Below are positions 12,148-24,390 of a stretch of 64,000 bases of DNA, one piece after another. The stretch spans positions 3,906,001-3,970,000 of the forward strand of contig NC_043003.1 of NCBI RefSeq assembly GCF_006345805.1, in the 5' to 3' direction. A program made the position numbers and the translations under genes. The first letter of the stretch is position 1. Each line of letters begins with the position of its first letter. The notes under the pieces were generated by a model. The model made no database searches. It had not been told where the DNA came from and was given only the letters and a program-made list of their open reading frames with translations. The stretch is from Octopus sinensis. Lineage: Eukaryota.

Positions 12148-13960
12148 ATGGGACCAGCGAACAGAAAGAATAGGAAGGCGCCTGATCCTAACAAACAACA
12201 CAAATGAGTGAACTCTTTAGGGGAAAAGGTAGAGAGGATCAAGAAAATACGGGGCAGTTGAAGCTTCGTTGCTGAGGGTTGTGTGTTTGGTGTCAACGAA
12301 TCTACTATTCGTTCTATTTTCAAAGTGTGTGCGGATGTCATGAAAACATTGATGGATGCTGCCCTGTGGATCAATAAATCGAATACTCACAGTACATAAA
12401 AATGCTTTTATTCAGCCCATGGGAAAAAAAGGAGTGGGGGTTATTTGTAGAAGCAGGACTGTAACAGAAAGTGGCGTCCTGTGTTTGCAAAACGCATTCA
12501 GAATTGTGCTAAGCAAATATATAAGAGCTTGGTTGAGCCTAGTGATGTTACTGACAAGGACAACTATACTTTTCAGGACAGACGTAGATGGCCACGGGGA
12601 TTTGTTATCTTTATATATAAAAGTGAGGTTGTATGCTGTCTGTCTCCTACGATTTAGATTCCTAACTACTCCCACATTTTGCGGTGCAGTTTAACCAAAA
12701 CCGGGTATCTTATAGTCGTGATTCATATCGAGCCCTTCTGGGTATTAGCGCGCGTCTACGATGAGTCTACGATTTAAAAATAATTTACCATCAATTTTTC
12801 CCATTTTAATGCATTTTTGGCATATATAAGGGAAGTAACTCTCTAAAAATTTATTATTAAATCTCAGAACGTAAAAAGCTACAGTAACACCCCCGCTTTG
12901 TGGTTAGCCATATTGAGATGGCTATTATACTTTACATCTCTAAAAATGCTTATATAGTTATTTCCCTTACAAACCCGAGCAACGCCGGGTGATACTGCTA
13001 GTTAAATATGATTTAGCCAGAAAACTTTGTTTCCAGTGAAGCAACATCAGAGAATACGGCGGCTGCTTGACGTTTTCTTGAAGGATTTTGTAAAGTGTTG
13101 AACGAGGGTGGATATTTATCGTATCAAGTTTTTGACGCAGATAAAACAGCCCTTTATCGGAGAAAGATGCATGGAAAAGTGACGTGGCTGAAGAGGAGGC
13201 TAAGATGCCAGGCTGTAAAGAGGCAAAGGTCTAGGTGCCTCTGTTGTTCTGTGGTAATGCTACTGGAAGTTTTAAGGCCGAACCACTGCTTGTACAGCGT
13301 TCTACTTGACCTCGTCCCTTCAAGAACATTAACACGTTAATTCTCCTTGTGTAATGGTGCGCTAATAAAAATGGGTGGATGGCTAAAGTGATTGCTGAAG
13401 AGTTGTTTATGACCCACTTTAGTGCTGAAGTAAATGAATATTAAGCCTAAAAGAATGTGTTTGACAATTGTTCTAGCAATCCTACAAGCTTAAATGTCCT
13501 CCAAAATGAAATCAAAGTGATTTATCACCTAACACTACCTCACTTGCAGCGCAAACACCAGGAAGTGATGGCCACCATTAAGTTTCTCTATCGTGCCCTT
13601 ACCTTTGAAGATATACACAAGGCATTGGTGGACGAGGAAAAACTAACTGTACCGCAATATTGGAAACAATTCAATATTCTACACGGTGTTCGCTTCATTA
13701 GCGACGCTTGACAAGCTGTAAATGAAGCGTGTCTTTTGAATGGATGGCGCAGGTTATTACTTGACACAACTCCGGGCTTCGCTGTGTTTAAAAATGGATT
13801 ACACGACTGGAATTCTGAACAGAGCAAGGACATTCCTAGGAGACGGTTTTCAAGAGTTACACCAAAATGTCATCAGGGTGTGGTGGAAGCTCGCTTCTGA
13901 GCGAGAATTAACTGTCACAGAAGTCTCGGAGTTAGTCGGCGAAAAACAGAACGGCAGAGG
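12148..13960 (+). pseudogene. Tigger/pogo (CENP-B-like HTH + DDE) transposase pseudogene
   Basis: MGPANRK...EKVERIKK...FGVNESTIRSIFK (HTH-psq-like) and EGGYLSYQVFDADKTALY (cf. pogo-type QVFNADETGL); multiple stops and frameshifts; split by a Helitron. Confidence 0.85.
12608..13001 (+). mobile_element. Non-autonomous Helitron (subfamily 2) inserted in the Tigger ORF
   Basis: A|TCTTTATATATAAAA...CCCGAGCAACGCCGGGTGATACTGCTAG|T; near-identical to 54796-55195. Confidence 0.92.
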
Positions 13961-14022
13961 TGTAAAAGATAATGGTGACTGTGCAGAACCCAATCCTGCA
14001 TTAACATGTCGAATACATAACT

Positions 14023-14330
14023 GGTATTCCGTCGGTTGCGACGAAGAACGATCCAGCTGATCCGATCAGTGGAACAGTCTGCTCGTGAGATTAATGTACA
14101 AGTGGCTGAGTACTCCACAGACACGCCTACCCTTAATGTAGTTCTCATGGAGAACAGAATGTGACAAAGCTGGCCGTTTGGAATACAAGTACAGCCCATT
14201 TTAGCCAGCTGAGCGGACTGGAGCAACATTAAATAAAGGGTTTTGCTCAAGGGCTCACTGCCGGGTATCGAACTCAGGAGCATACAATAGTGAGCCGAAT
14301 ACACTAACCACTAAGCCACGCACGTTCACA
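14023..14330 (-). mobile_element. tRNA-derived SINE (family A2) inside Tigger
   Basis: Minus-strand head GTGGCTTAGTGGTTAGTGTATTCGGCTC...GAGTTCGATACCC; 3' half shared with 3314-3701. Confidence 0.85.
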
Positions 14331-14702
14331 TGACAAACCTAAATGAAATAGTGTTCCCCCCCCCCCCCCGCCCCATGAGCAGATGACTGATCTCATCCAT
14401 GAAGCAGAGCCAGGGTTTGAGAGAAAAGACTCAGGGACCTCTTCTGTCTTCAACAACTAGGGAAAATAATGACAACACAGAAGAAGCAGAGTTTCTTTCA
14501 GTTTCCGTCTACCAAATCTCACAAGGGTTTGGCCTGTCGAAGTTATAAGCAGAAGACATTTGTCCAAGGTGCCAAGCAGTGGGACTGAACCCGGAACCAT
14601 GTGGTTGGAAAGTAAACAGTTTACCACACGAACACGCCTTTATGAATTTTATTCCAGTCATGTGAAAATATCCTTTTGTGTTTAAAAACTGCTTGGAGAT
14701 GT

Positions 14703-15442
14703 TATTTGGGAAGTTACGGGGACAACTTGGGGGTCTTGAAACGAACCCTATTTGGGTAAGTTACGGGAACAACTTGTGGACCTTGAAACGAACCCTATTT
14801 GGGTAAGTTACGGGAACAACTTGTGGACCTTGAAACGAACCCTATTTGGGTAAGTTACGGGATAACTTGGGGATCTTGAAACGAACCCTATTTGGGTAAG
14901 TTACGGGACAACTTGGGGGTCTTGAAACGAACCCTATTTGGGTAAGTTACGGGACAACTTGGGGGTCTTGAAACGAACCCTATTTGGGTAAGTTACGGGA
15001 CAACTTGGGGGTCTTGAAACGAACCTTATTTGGGTAAGTTACGGGACAACTTGGGGGTCTTGAAACGAACCCTATTTGGGTAAGTTACGGGAACAACTTA
15101 GGGGTCTTGAAACGAACCCTATTTGGGTAAGTTACGGGACAACTTGGGGGTCTTGAAACGAACCCTATTTGGGTAAGTTACGGGAACAACTTGTGGACCT
15201 TGAAACGAACCCTATTTGGGTAAGTTACGGGATAACTTGGGGATCTTGAAACGAACCTTATTTGGGTAAGTTACGGGATAACTTGGGGATCTTGAAACGA
15301 ACCCTATTTGGGTAAGTTGCGGGATAACTTGGGGGTCTTGAAACGAACCCTATTTGGGTAAGTTACGGGATAACTTGGGGTCTTGAAACGAACCCTATTT
15401 GGGTAAGTTACGGGAACAACTTGTGGACCTTGAAACGAACCC
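14703..15442. repeat. Minisatellite, 16 copies of a 46-47 bp unit
   Basis: Unit TATTTGGGTAAGTTACGGGACAACTTGGGGGTCTTGAAACGAACCC with interspersed variants (GGGAACAACTTGTGGACC; GGGATAACTTGGGGATC). Confidence 0.97.
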
Positions 15443-15922
15443 TATTTTCCCCATACGTTCAATTATTCGATATTCATTTTTTTTTGTCCGCATTTAACCA
15501 AACACCCGCGATAAACGAAGCTGCGTGTAGTTGTCAGGATGCTGGACTTGTATGAAGTTATCTCGTCTTAGATGTGCAGCTACACCGTTAAAGGGCCGCT
15601 TCTAGTCTGGGTCTGTCGGGATGTCTGAATCAGAGTAGACCTGGGAACTACAGTGGCTAAAGGGGTGGACGCACACACTCCCCAACACCCGGCAACTCTC
15701 GAACCACGGCCTCATTACCCGATGCTGTTCATATGTACATATGTCAATGACTGTGTATATGCGTGTGCGCGCGCGTGTATACACACACACATCACTCCAC
15801 ACATACATACACACGTACTCCCCCACCACACATACATACATACATGCATACATACATACATACACACATACACACATACACACACACACATACATACATA
15901 CATACATACATACATACATACA

Positions 15923-15957
<35 letters not shown>

Positions 15958-15958
<1 letters not shown>

Positions 15959-16132
15959 CGACGGGCTTCTTTCAGTTTCCGTCTACCAAATCCACTCACA
16001 TGGGCTTTGGTCGGTAAGGAGGCTATGGTAGAATAGAAGAAGACACTCGTCGAAAGTGTCACGCAGTGGGACTGAACCCGGAAGTATATGGTTGGGAAGT
16101 AAGCTTCTTACCACACAGCCACTCCTGCGCCT
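15958..16132 (-). mobile_element. SINE family B, 5' half
   Basis: Ends in CCACACAGCCACTCCTGCGCC (head on the minus strand); adjoins a (TACA)n tract. Confidence 0.8.
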
Positions 16133-16148
16133 ATGTGTGTGTGTGTGG

Positions 16149-16447
16149 TGAAGGCGTGTGGCTTAATGGTTAGGGTGTTCAGCTCATGATCGTAAGGTCG
16201 TGAGTTCGATTCCAGGCTGCGCATTCTGTCCTTGATCAAGACATTTTATTCCATACATTATTTACATTATTTACATTATTTACATTATTTACATTCGACG
16301 GATATTTGTCCTCATCTTGTTTGTTGTTAACACAACGTTTCGGCTGATATACCCTCCAGCCTTCATCAGGTGTCTTGGGGGAAATTTCGAACCTGGGTTT
16401 TCATTCCTCAGGTATTTTTCGATGTTATTATTATTATTATTATTATT

Positions 16448-16501
<54 letters not shown>

Positions 16502-16648
16502 TTATTTCATGTTGATCCAGCCTTGTCACAATCTGTGGCACGCTGAATTTCCCCGAGAACCACATTATCGCTCGCACGTCAATTTCACGAGCAAGCTGTT
16601 CCGTCGATCGAAACAAGAACCCTCGTCGTCGTAACCGACGGAGTACCA
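16149..16648 (+). mobile_element. SINE family A2 interrupted by a Penelope terminal-repeat fragment (about 16252-16500)
   Basis: Head GAAGGCGTGTGGCTTAATGGTTAGG...GAGTTCGATTCC; SINE resumes at 16501 (TTTATTTCATG) and ends CGTAACCGACGGAGTACC. Confidence 0.85.
16330..16373 (-). ncRNA. Minimal type I hammerhead ribozyme (Penelope-associated)
   Basis: Minus strand ACAC-CUGAUGA-A-GGCUG(GAGGGUAUAU)CAGCC-GAAA-CG-UU-GUGU: intact core, stems I and II, palindromic mini stem III. Confidence 0.8.
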
Positions 16649-17224
16649 CAACATATATATATAGATAACGAAAGCCATCTGACCATCTATTAGAATTATT
16701 ATCAGCCGGTTGATATCATAGAAGTCTTTGTCACCGCACAGCGATCATATTAAGCGGCTTTCACAATATTCATCCTACATATTTTATATTTTTTTTTTTT
16801 TAAGTCTTTTAGTCATTCGACTACGGCCATGCTGGAGCACCGCCTTGAGGAATTTATTTTGGAACGAATCGACTCAGTACTTACCTTGATTCTTTTTTTT
16901 TTTTACCTGGTACTATTGGCGTCCTTTGCCGAACAGCTAGGTTACGGGGATGTAAACACACCAGCACCGGTTGTCAAGCGGTGGTGTGGAAAAAACATGT
17001 GTGTGCATGTTTTTTGTGTCTGTGTTTGTTCCCCCACCCCCTACCCTCTTGACACCTGGTACCGGTGTGTTTACATACCTGTGACGTAGCGGTTTGACAG
17101 GATAAGCACCAGGATTTTTTTTTTTTAAGTTAGTTCTGGGGTCGATTCACTTAACTGAAAATTCTTCAATAGGGTGCCCCAGCATGGCCGCAGTCTAATG
17201 AGTGAAACAAGTAAAAGATAAAAG

Positions 17225-17261
<37 letters not shown>

Positions 17262-17282
17262 TGCCTGTCTCACACACGCACA

Positions 17283-17965
17283 TATATGTATGTATGTATG
17301 TATGTGTGTATGTATGTATGTATGTATGTGTGTATGTATGTGCGTATGTATGTATGTATGTATGTATGTGCGTATGTGTGTATGTATGTATGTGTGTATG
17401 TGTGTATGTATGTATGTATGTATGTGCGTATGTATGTATGTGTGTATGTATGTATGTATGTATGTGCGTATGTATGTATGTGTGTATGTATGTATGTGTG
17501 TATGTATGTATGTATGTATGTATGTATGTGTTTATGTGTGTATGTATGTATGTATGTGTGTATGTATGTATGTGCGTATGTATGTATGTGTGTATGCATG
17601 TATGTATGTATGTATGTGTGTATGTATGTATGTGCGTATGTATGTATGTACGTATGTATGTATGTGTGTGTGTGTATGTATGTAGGTATGTGTGTATGTA
17701 CGTATGTATGTATGTAGGTATGTGTGTATGTATGTATGTGCGTATGTATGTATGTATGTATGTGTGTATGTACGTACGTACGTACGTATGTATGTATGTA
17801 TGTGTGTATGTATGTATGTATGTGCGTATGTATGTATGTATGTATGTATGTGTGTATGTATGTATGTGCGTATGTATGTATGTATGTATGTATGTGTGTA
17901 TGTATGTATGTACGTACGAACGTATGTATGTGTATGTATGTACGCATGCAATGTATGTATTTATG
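17283..17965. repeat. Long (TATG)n compound microsatellite
   Basis: Direct reading; source of the MYVC/HTYI ORFs. Confidence 0.95.
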
Positions 17966-18461
17966 TAGACGAGAATGCGTGTTGATGTTATTTTGCTTCC
18001 GGTTTCCCCCCCTTCCCTCGTTTATTATTACTATGACACCACCACCACCACCACCGCACCACCACCATCGTCTTCTCCGTCTCCGTCTCCTCCGCCGCCA
18101 CCACCATTACTATTATTACCGTTGCAAGATGGCTGCCACATGCTGTAGGTCGGCCAGCAAGAACAATCTTGATCTCCTGATAAAAGCAGGTAACAACATT
18201 TCTACCTTTTAAACACCCTTCATGTACCCCCGTCAACCATCTCTCTGTCCGTGTATATACACACTTCGCTCCTGTTCTCTTTTCACTGTTACTGACATCT
18301 CTTCCTTCATGACTATATACACACACACACACACACACACGTATGTATTATGTATACAAACATACACACCTATGTATACACACGTGTGCATTTATATATA
18401 TATATATATATACACACGCGCACGCATCTACTCATGTATGTGTGCATACGCATATGTATGT

Positions 18462-18527
<66 letters not shown>

Positions 18528-18716
18528 GTCTATACACAATCATTGAATGACTCGCATATACTTATAAATATATACACGCACACACATACATATATGTATA
18601 TATACATCAGACACACAGAGAGATGAATAATCACTATTTTCCAGCTTTAGTCATTATACACTCTGTCTCTATACGCACGCTTACACCTACACACACATAT
18701 ACATACATATATACAC

Positions 18717-18759
<43 letters not shown>

Positions 18760-19175
18760 GCATACACTGTACTTGTATGCGTCAAAACATCCGTTATAAA
18801 GATTACCAGAATCCACCCGACCCCTCAAACAACACCTTCATGATTTAAACTGATTTTCTTCATACACCCGTTATTCACTTCCTCGTATATATCCACCCGA
18901 TACTTTACAGACGCCTCTGTCTGTCGATGTATGTATGTTCTGCACCAATACCTGGACGTCCTTCTTATTTGCTTATGTACACACATATATATATATATAG
19001 TGGGAATTTACAAAAGACGAAGACGGGTGTGTATACATACATATGTGTGTGTACGTACGTATGTTTATATACTCACTTCAATGCTGTACATTTCAAAAGC
19101 AACAGGTCCCACCTTCTAACCATTTATGATTATGTATATGTGTATAATATATATATATACATACGTGTATTTAAT

Positions 19176-19217
<42 letters not shown>

Positions 19218-19382
19218 GAAGGGTGTATATGTAAAGTAATCTAGCAGACGGTTCAGCACAGATGAATGAAAAAATAACCACAAACTCCGAGTATTCTTTT
19301 ATGGAGATTCGACATTTAACATATTATACACTCTCGACTGAGTACTGTTTTTTTTTTACTTCGTTTATGAATATGAAAACTA

Positions 19383-19434
<52 letters not shown>

Positions 19435-19558
19435 ACTCTCACATTTTTATACACGTACCCGTGTGTTTTTAATTGAATGTGCAGACACATATAAGTTGTA
19501 TAGTAATAAATATACACATTTATTATACACTCACGTATATAGACATGCCATATATGAT

Positions 19559-19593
<35 letters not shown>

Positions 19594-20714
19594 ACCAGGA
19601 AGTGATGTTGTGGCGATTTCCACTTCCTGAATTTTTGATCCAACATTTTAAGTTTCACATGTGAACTATTTCCTCTTCGAGACCCCACCCCTTTCTGGGA
19701 CGTCCTATTTACAGATGTTGTTTAGCCCCAGGCCAGGCTCGATCCCGTTATCCTCTCATCAGACTCTTCCCATCCATAGTCATCTCGTCTTATTGTCTTA
19801 TGTTCACGACTTTGAATTGTTCTTCGTTTTTTCTTAATACGATGTGATTTGAGATAAATTTAGCTGTTGTTTCTAACATGTATCACGACCACATAGAAAG
19901 AGGGTCTCCGTCGTCGTCGTTTCTCACGAAGTTTAATAATTATGATGTCTTACTTAAAGTGTGGATAAGTATAGCGAAGGGAACAGTTGTTGTGTGGGCC
20001 TTCATTCGTCTCCCTTCTTTGGTATCTTGTTGAAATGGAATGGAACGAGCTCCTTACCATCTCGCTTTCCTTCACACACACATATCGTTGTCATTAGTGT
20101 CAGAACCTAATTACTCATACGGTTTTTAATTAACCTGGTAAAACCCCAAAATATTTCCGCTTTGACGGAATTACAATGGGAAACCGTTTAATATAATCGC
20201 AGATAATGCAATCAGACGCTTATTGTTATCAGCTGATTAGTGTTTCCCAAAGAAGCTCAGGATATTTTTGTATACTCTGCTTAATGTTATCAGCTGATTA
20301 GTGTTGTGTAAAAGCCTGTTTTGAAGTGATCACAATAAGTGACTTGCACTTTATATTGGAAAATTAAATATAAACTAAGGGATATTGAAACCGTATGCGA
20401 CTGGATTAGGGACCTGGCCACTTCTATACGGCTCCCATCACATATAATAATAACAATAATAACAATAATAATAATAATAATAACAACACTGGTTTCTTTA
20501 ATGGTTTACAAGAACAAATATTACAGAATTTGTTACAATGCTATATAACGTATAACGGAATATATACTCACCTAGACAGTTAACATTACTATATAAAAGT
20601 ATTGAGCAAGGAATATATATACATATATATATATATACCTAAACACTGTTTAATGTATAATGGAATATGTATATATACACCTAGACACCATTTATATTAC
20701 AATACTATATAATG

Positions 20715-20756
<42 letters not shown>

Positions 20757-21165
20757 TCATCTAGAGTTTACTACGTTACTGTATAAAATGTAACGGGATC
20801 CATATATATACATACACATACACATGTATAGACACTGTCATACTATATAGTTTAGCGGAATATATACACCCTAGACGTACACCCACTACTGCTGTACTAT
20901 ATGAGTATAGCGGAATATACACCCACATAAACACACGGTTTATTTCCTTAGCGTATAAAGTGTAATGGGATACCTTATAATTTACTGCAATACTGTATGA
21001 AGTATGGTGTGTATACATATATACACCATTTACTGTATAAAGTCTGATGGAATACACACATATGTAGATATATACGCACAATTTACCACCTTATTATTTG
21101 AAATGCCGAGGAATTTACACACAATATGGAAGAATATAAACGTATACCCATAACATATACATGTG

Positions 21166-21198
<33 letters not shown>

Positions 21199-21567
21199 GT
21201 ATATATATACACATATACAGGCGTACAGTTCTAAAGAATAATGTTGCTTGCTAACATTGTGAGGAATCGATTAAATTAGTTCAATGGTGTTTGTCACGGA
21301 GGGAAGTTGTAAGGGCGAAGTTGACCTCCGTAGCGGGATCTGAACCCGGGACTTAGGACTTATAGGGTCGTTTATAAAAATATGAGATATTTTTTGTTCG
21401 ACGCACTTTTAGATTCTGTTAAATCCACCGATGTCTGCTGAATTAATCATATTCATTCTAGTAATTAACAACAGCAATTAGTTATATTTGTGTATAATTA
21501 ACAATATGTTTGTTGGGACAAACTTTGAGGAAGTTGTAACAGTTGCACGTGTACACACTGGTTATTG

Positions 21568-21600
<33 letters not shown>

Positions 21601-21815
21601 GTTGTATATGTGAGTGTGTGTGTTTGTGTGTGTGTGTATAGGCACACACTTCAAGCGACTATATAAAGATGTTTGCTACCGTCAGCAGGATTCTCTCGCC
21701 CTGGGTCCCCCCGTCTGTCTCTCTTTCTGCCTTGAGAGAAGCAGAAACGGTTTCCTCATCTCACCTGCAAACTGTATATATATATCATTGCTATTCCATT
21801 GTGTGTGTGTGTGTG

Positions 21816-21860
<45 letters not shown>

Positions 21861-21980
21861 GTACACGTGTGTGTGTGTATACGCATATAGACACATACCT
21901 TGTAACTCCTTCCTCTACCTTGTAATTAAACATACAGACACACATCTCATTCTCATATAATATATATATATTATATATAT

Positions 21981-22023
<43 letters not shown>

Positions 22024-22085
22024 ATGTAAAATTACCTGTTAAAGGGTAATTTTCTATTTTGAAATACGAATATGTTGTCTATATA

Positions 22086-22137
<52 letters not shown>

Positions 22138-22260
22138 CCGAAATTGCTACGATGATCCGGTTCTTGACTGAAGATTGAAGGCTTCGAATGTCCCGTCCGT
22201 ATTTTTTGTCTCGTCTTCTAAATGTTTTACGTTCTTGTCCCAGTTTGTATTTTTCTACAT

Positions 22261-22320
<60 letters not shown>

Positions 22321-22830
22321 TATATATGTATATATATATATATGAATATATATGTATATATATATATATGAATATATATGTATATATATGAGCGAATCCT
22401 CTCTACACTTGCTCGGCATCCCTCATGACTATCTCGCATTGTTACGTTCGTTCATTTTCTATAAGTTTTTGTTCATTATATCATGTGGAGCCACACACAA
22501 ACACACGCGTGGTCCATCTGTCTGCTTCCTTATATGTATATATATATGTCTACGTATGTATTTGTATACACACTTGTTTATGATAGTTACAATCGCAAAA
22601 CATATTATTGGGACCTAGTTCCGCGTAGTGTGTCGATGATGTTTCGCCCTAGGCCTTCCCGTCTTTCAACAGGCGTGATCAGCCTTATCTGCCATCACTG
22701 TCAAATATATAGAGATAAGACGCGCTAATGTCCTTTCTTTATTTATGGCGATAGCGTGTGTTTGAAGGAATTAGACTGCTGTTTCCAGCAGGTCTAACAA
22801 GCTGGCTTATGTAATGTGTGTATACCACTG

Positions 22831-23242
22831 TTTACTCTTTTGCTCTTTTACTTGTTTCAGTCATTTGACTGCGGCCATGCTGGAGCACCGCCTTTAGTCG
22901 AGCAAATCGACCCCGGGACTTATTCTTTGTAAGCCCAGTACTTATTCTATCGGTCTCTTTTGCCGAACAGCTAAGTGATGGGGACGTAAACACACCAGCA
23001 TCGGTTGTCAAGCAATGCTAGAGGGACAAACACACACAGACATATACACACACATACATATATATATATATATACACGACGGGCTTCTTTCAGTTTCCGT
23101 CTACCAAATCCACTCACAAGGCTTTGGTCGGCCCGAGGCTATAGCAGAAGACACTTGCCCAAGGTGCCACGCAGTGGGACTGAACCCGGAACCATGTGGT
23201 TGGTTAGCAATCTACTACTTACCACACAGCCACTGCTGCGCC
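22831..23242 (-). mobile_element. SINE family B, full length
   Basis: Head GGCGCAGCAGTGGCTGTGTGGTAAG, central (TA/CA)n, tail ...TGACTGAAACAAGTAAAAGAG. Confidence 0.92.
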
Positions 23243-23565
23243 TGTATGTGTGTATGTTATGTTTATGTGAGTCTGTCATTGTGTGTATATGTATGAGAGA
23301 GAGAGAGAGAGAGAGGGGGGGTGTAACTGTGGAACTCTAAGACGTTTGGAGTACAGGTTTGTGTAGGACCGAGTACATGTAACTGGGAACTTGATACACA
23401 TTTAGAGTACGTGTGGCTGTGAAACTACGACACCGGTGTTTAGTGTAGATACAGCTGTGGAACTATTAGATACATGTAGAGTAGAACATGTAGAGCACAT
23501 GTAGTTGTGGACCTGTATGATCCCTACATGTAGGTGTAGCCTCAGGTCAAATATGATTCAGCTGA

Positions 23566-23790
23566 TCATCATCATCGTTTAACGTCCGCTTTCCATGCTA
23601 GCATGGGTTGGACGAATGACTGAGGGCTGGCGAACCAGACGGCTGCACCAGGCTTCAATCTTGATCTGGCAGAGTTTCTACAGCTGGATGCCCTTCCTAA
23701 CGTCAACCACTCTGAGAGTGTAGTGGGTGCTTTTACGTGCCACCAGCACAAGGGCCAATCAGGCGGTACTGGCAACGACCTCGCTCGAAT
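23566..23790 (-). mobile_element. RTE LINE 3' UTR fragment (family D)
   Basis: (CAT)n + GTTTAACGTCCGCTTTCCATGCTAGCATGGGTTGGACG matches the 3' end of the RTE at 46868-48760; further copies at about 34573, 40392, 41180, 44365, 59930, 60470, 62268, 62900, 63370. Confidence 0.85.
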
Positions 23791-24159
23791 CTGATGTAAG
23801 TTGTAACGTACTCCTGCCATTCCCATCATGTATATTGTTACATGTGCATACGTCTACACTTAATGTGTCGTATCCTTTTGCTTCAGACATAAGCTGAGGT
23901 ACCACATGGTCCCTGGGGCTGCGTATGCACAAACATTTGATTTTCGTCAAACTCAAATGACTTCTAGCAAGTTTTAATTTGGTGCCTTGGTGATGTAAAT
24001 ATATTCGTGTCTTTGTTGTAACTATCACAATCCATGTTGCTCTCATTTAATGTCCATGTTCCTTGCTAGCATGGAGTGGACAGTTCAATAGGATCGGACA
24101 AGCCAGAACACTGCGTTGAATGCCTGCTATGGCATAGCTTCTATTAGGGGTGAGTGGGT

Positions 24160-24390
24160 GATGAGCTGGCAGAAACGTTAGCACGCCGGGTGAAATGCGT
24201 AGCCGTATTTTGTCTGGCATTACGTTCTGAGTTCAAATTCCACCAAGGTCGACTTTACCTTTCATCCTTTCGGGGTCGATAAATTAAGTACCAGTTGCGC
24301 ACTGGGGTTGATGTAATCGACTTAATCTGTTTGTCTGTCCTTGTTTGTCCCCTCTGTGTTTAGCCCCTTGTGGGTAGTAAAGAAATAGAA
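24160..24390 (+). mobile_element. SINE family C, near full length
   Basis: GAGCTGGCAGAAACGTTAGCACGCCGGG...CTTTCATCCTTTCGGGGTCGATAAATTAAGTACC...GGGTAGTAAAGAAATAG. Confidence 0.88.

Larger units (their letters stand above)
11875..15527 (+). mobile_element. Decayed full-length pogo/Tigger DNA transposon with nested insertions
   Basis: TA TSDs; TIRs CAGGCAGCTTCATTTATCAC vs reverse complement of the right end CACGCAGCTTCGTTTATCGC (17/20); transposase remnants inside. Confidence 0.85.

Noticed and set aside
14703-15442. CRISPR-like array
   Set aside because: No unique spacers (the variable part recurs as a few variants), no cas genes, eukaryotic context
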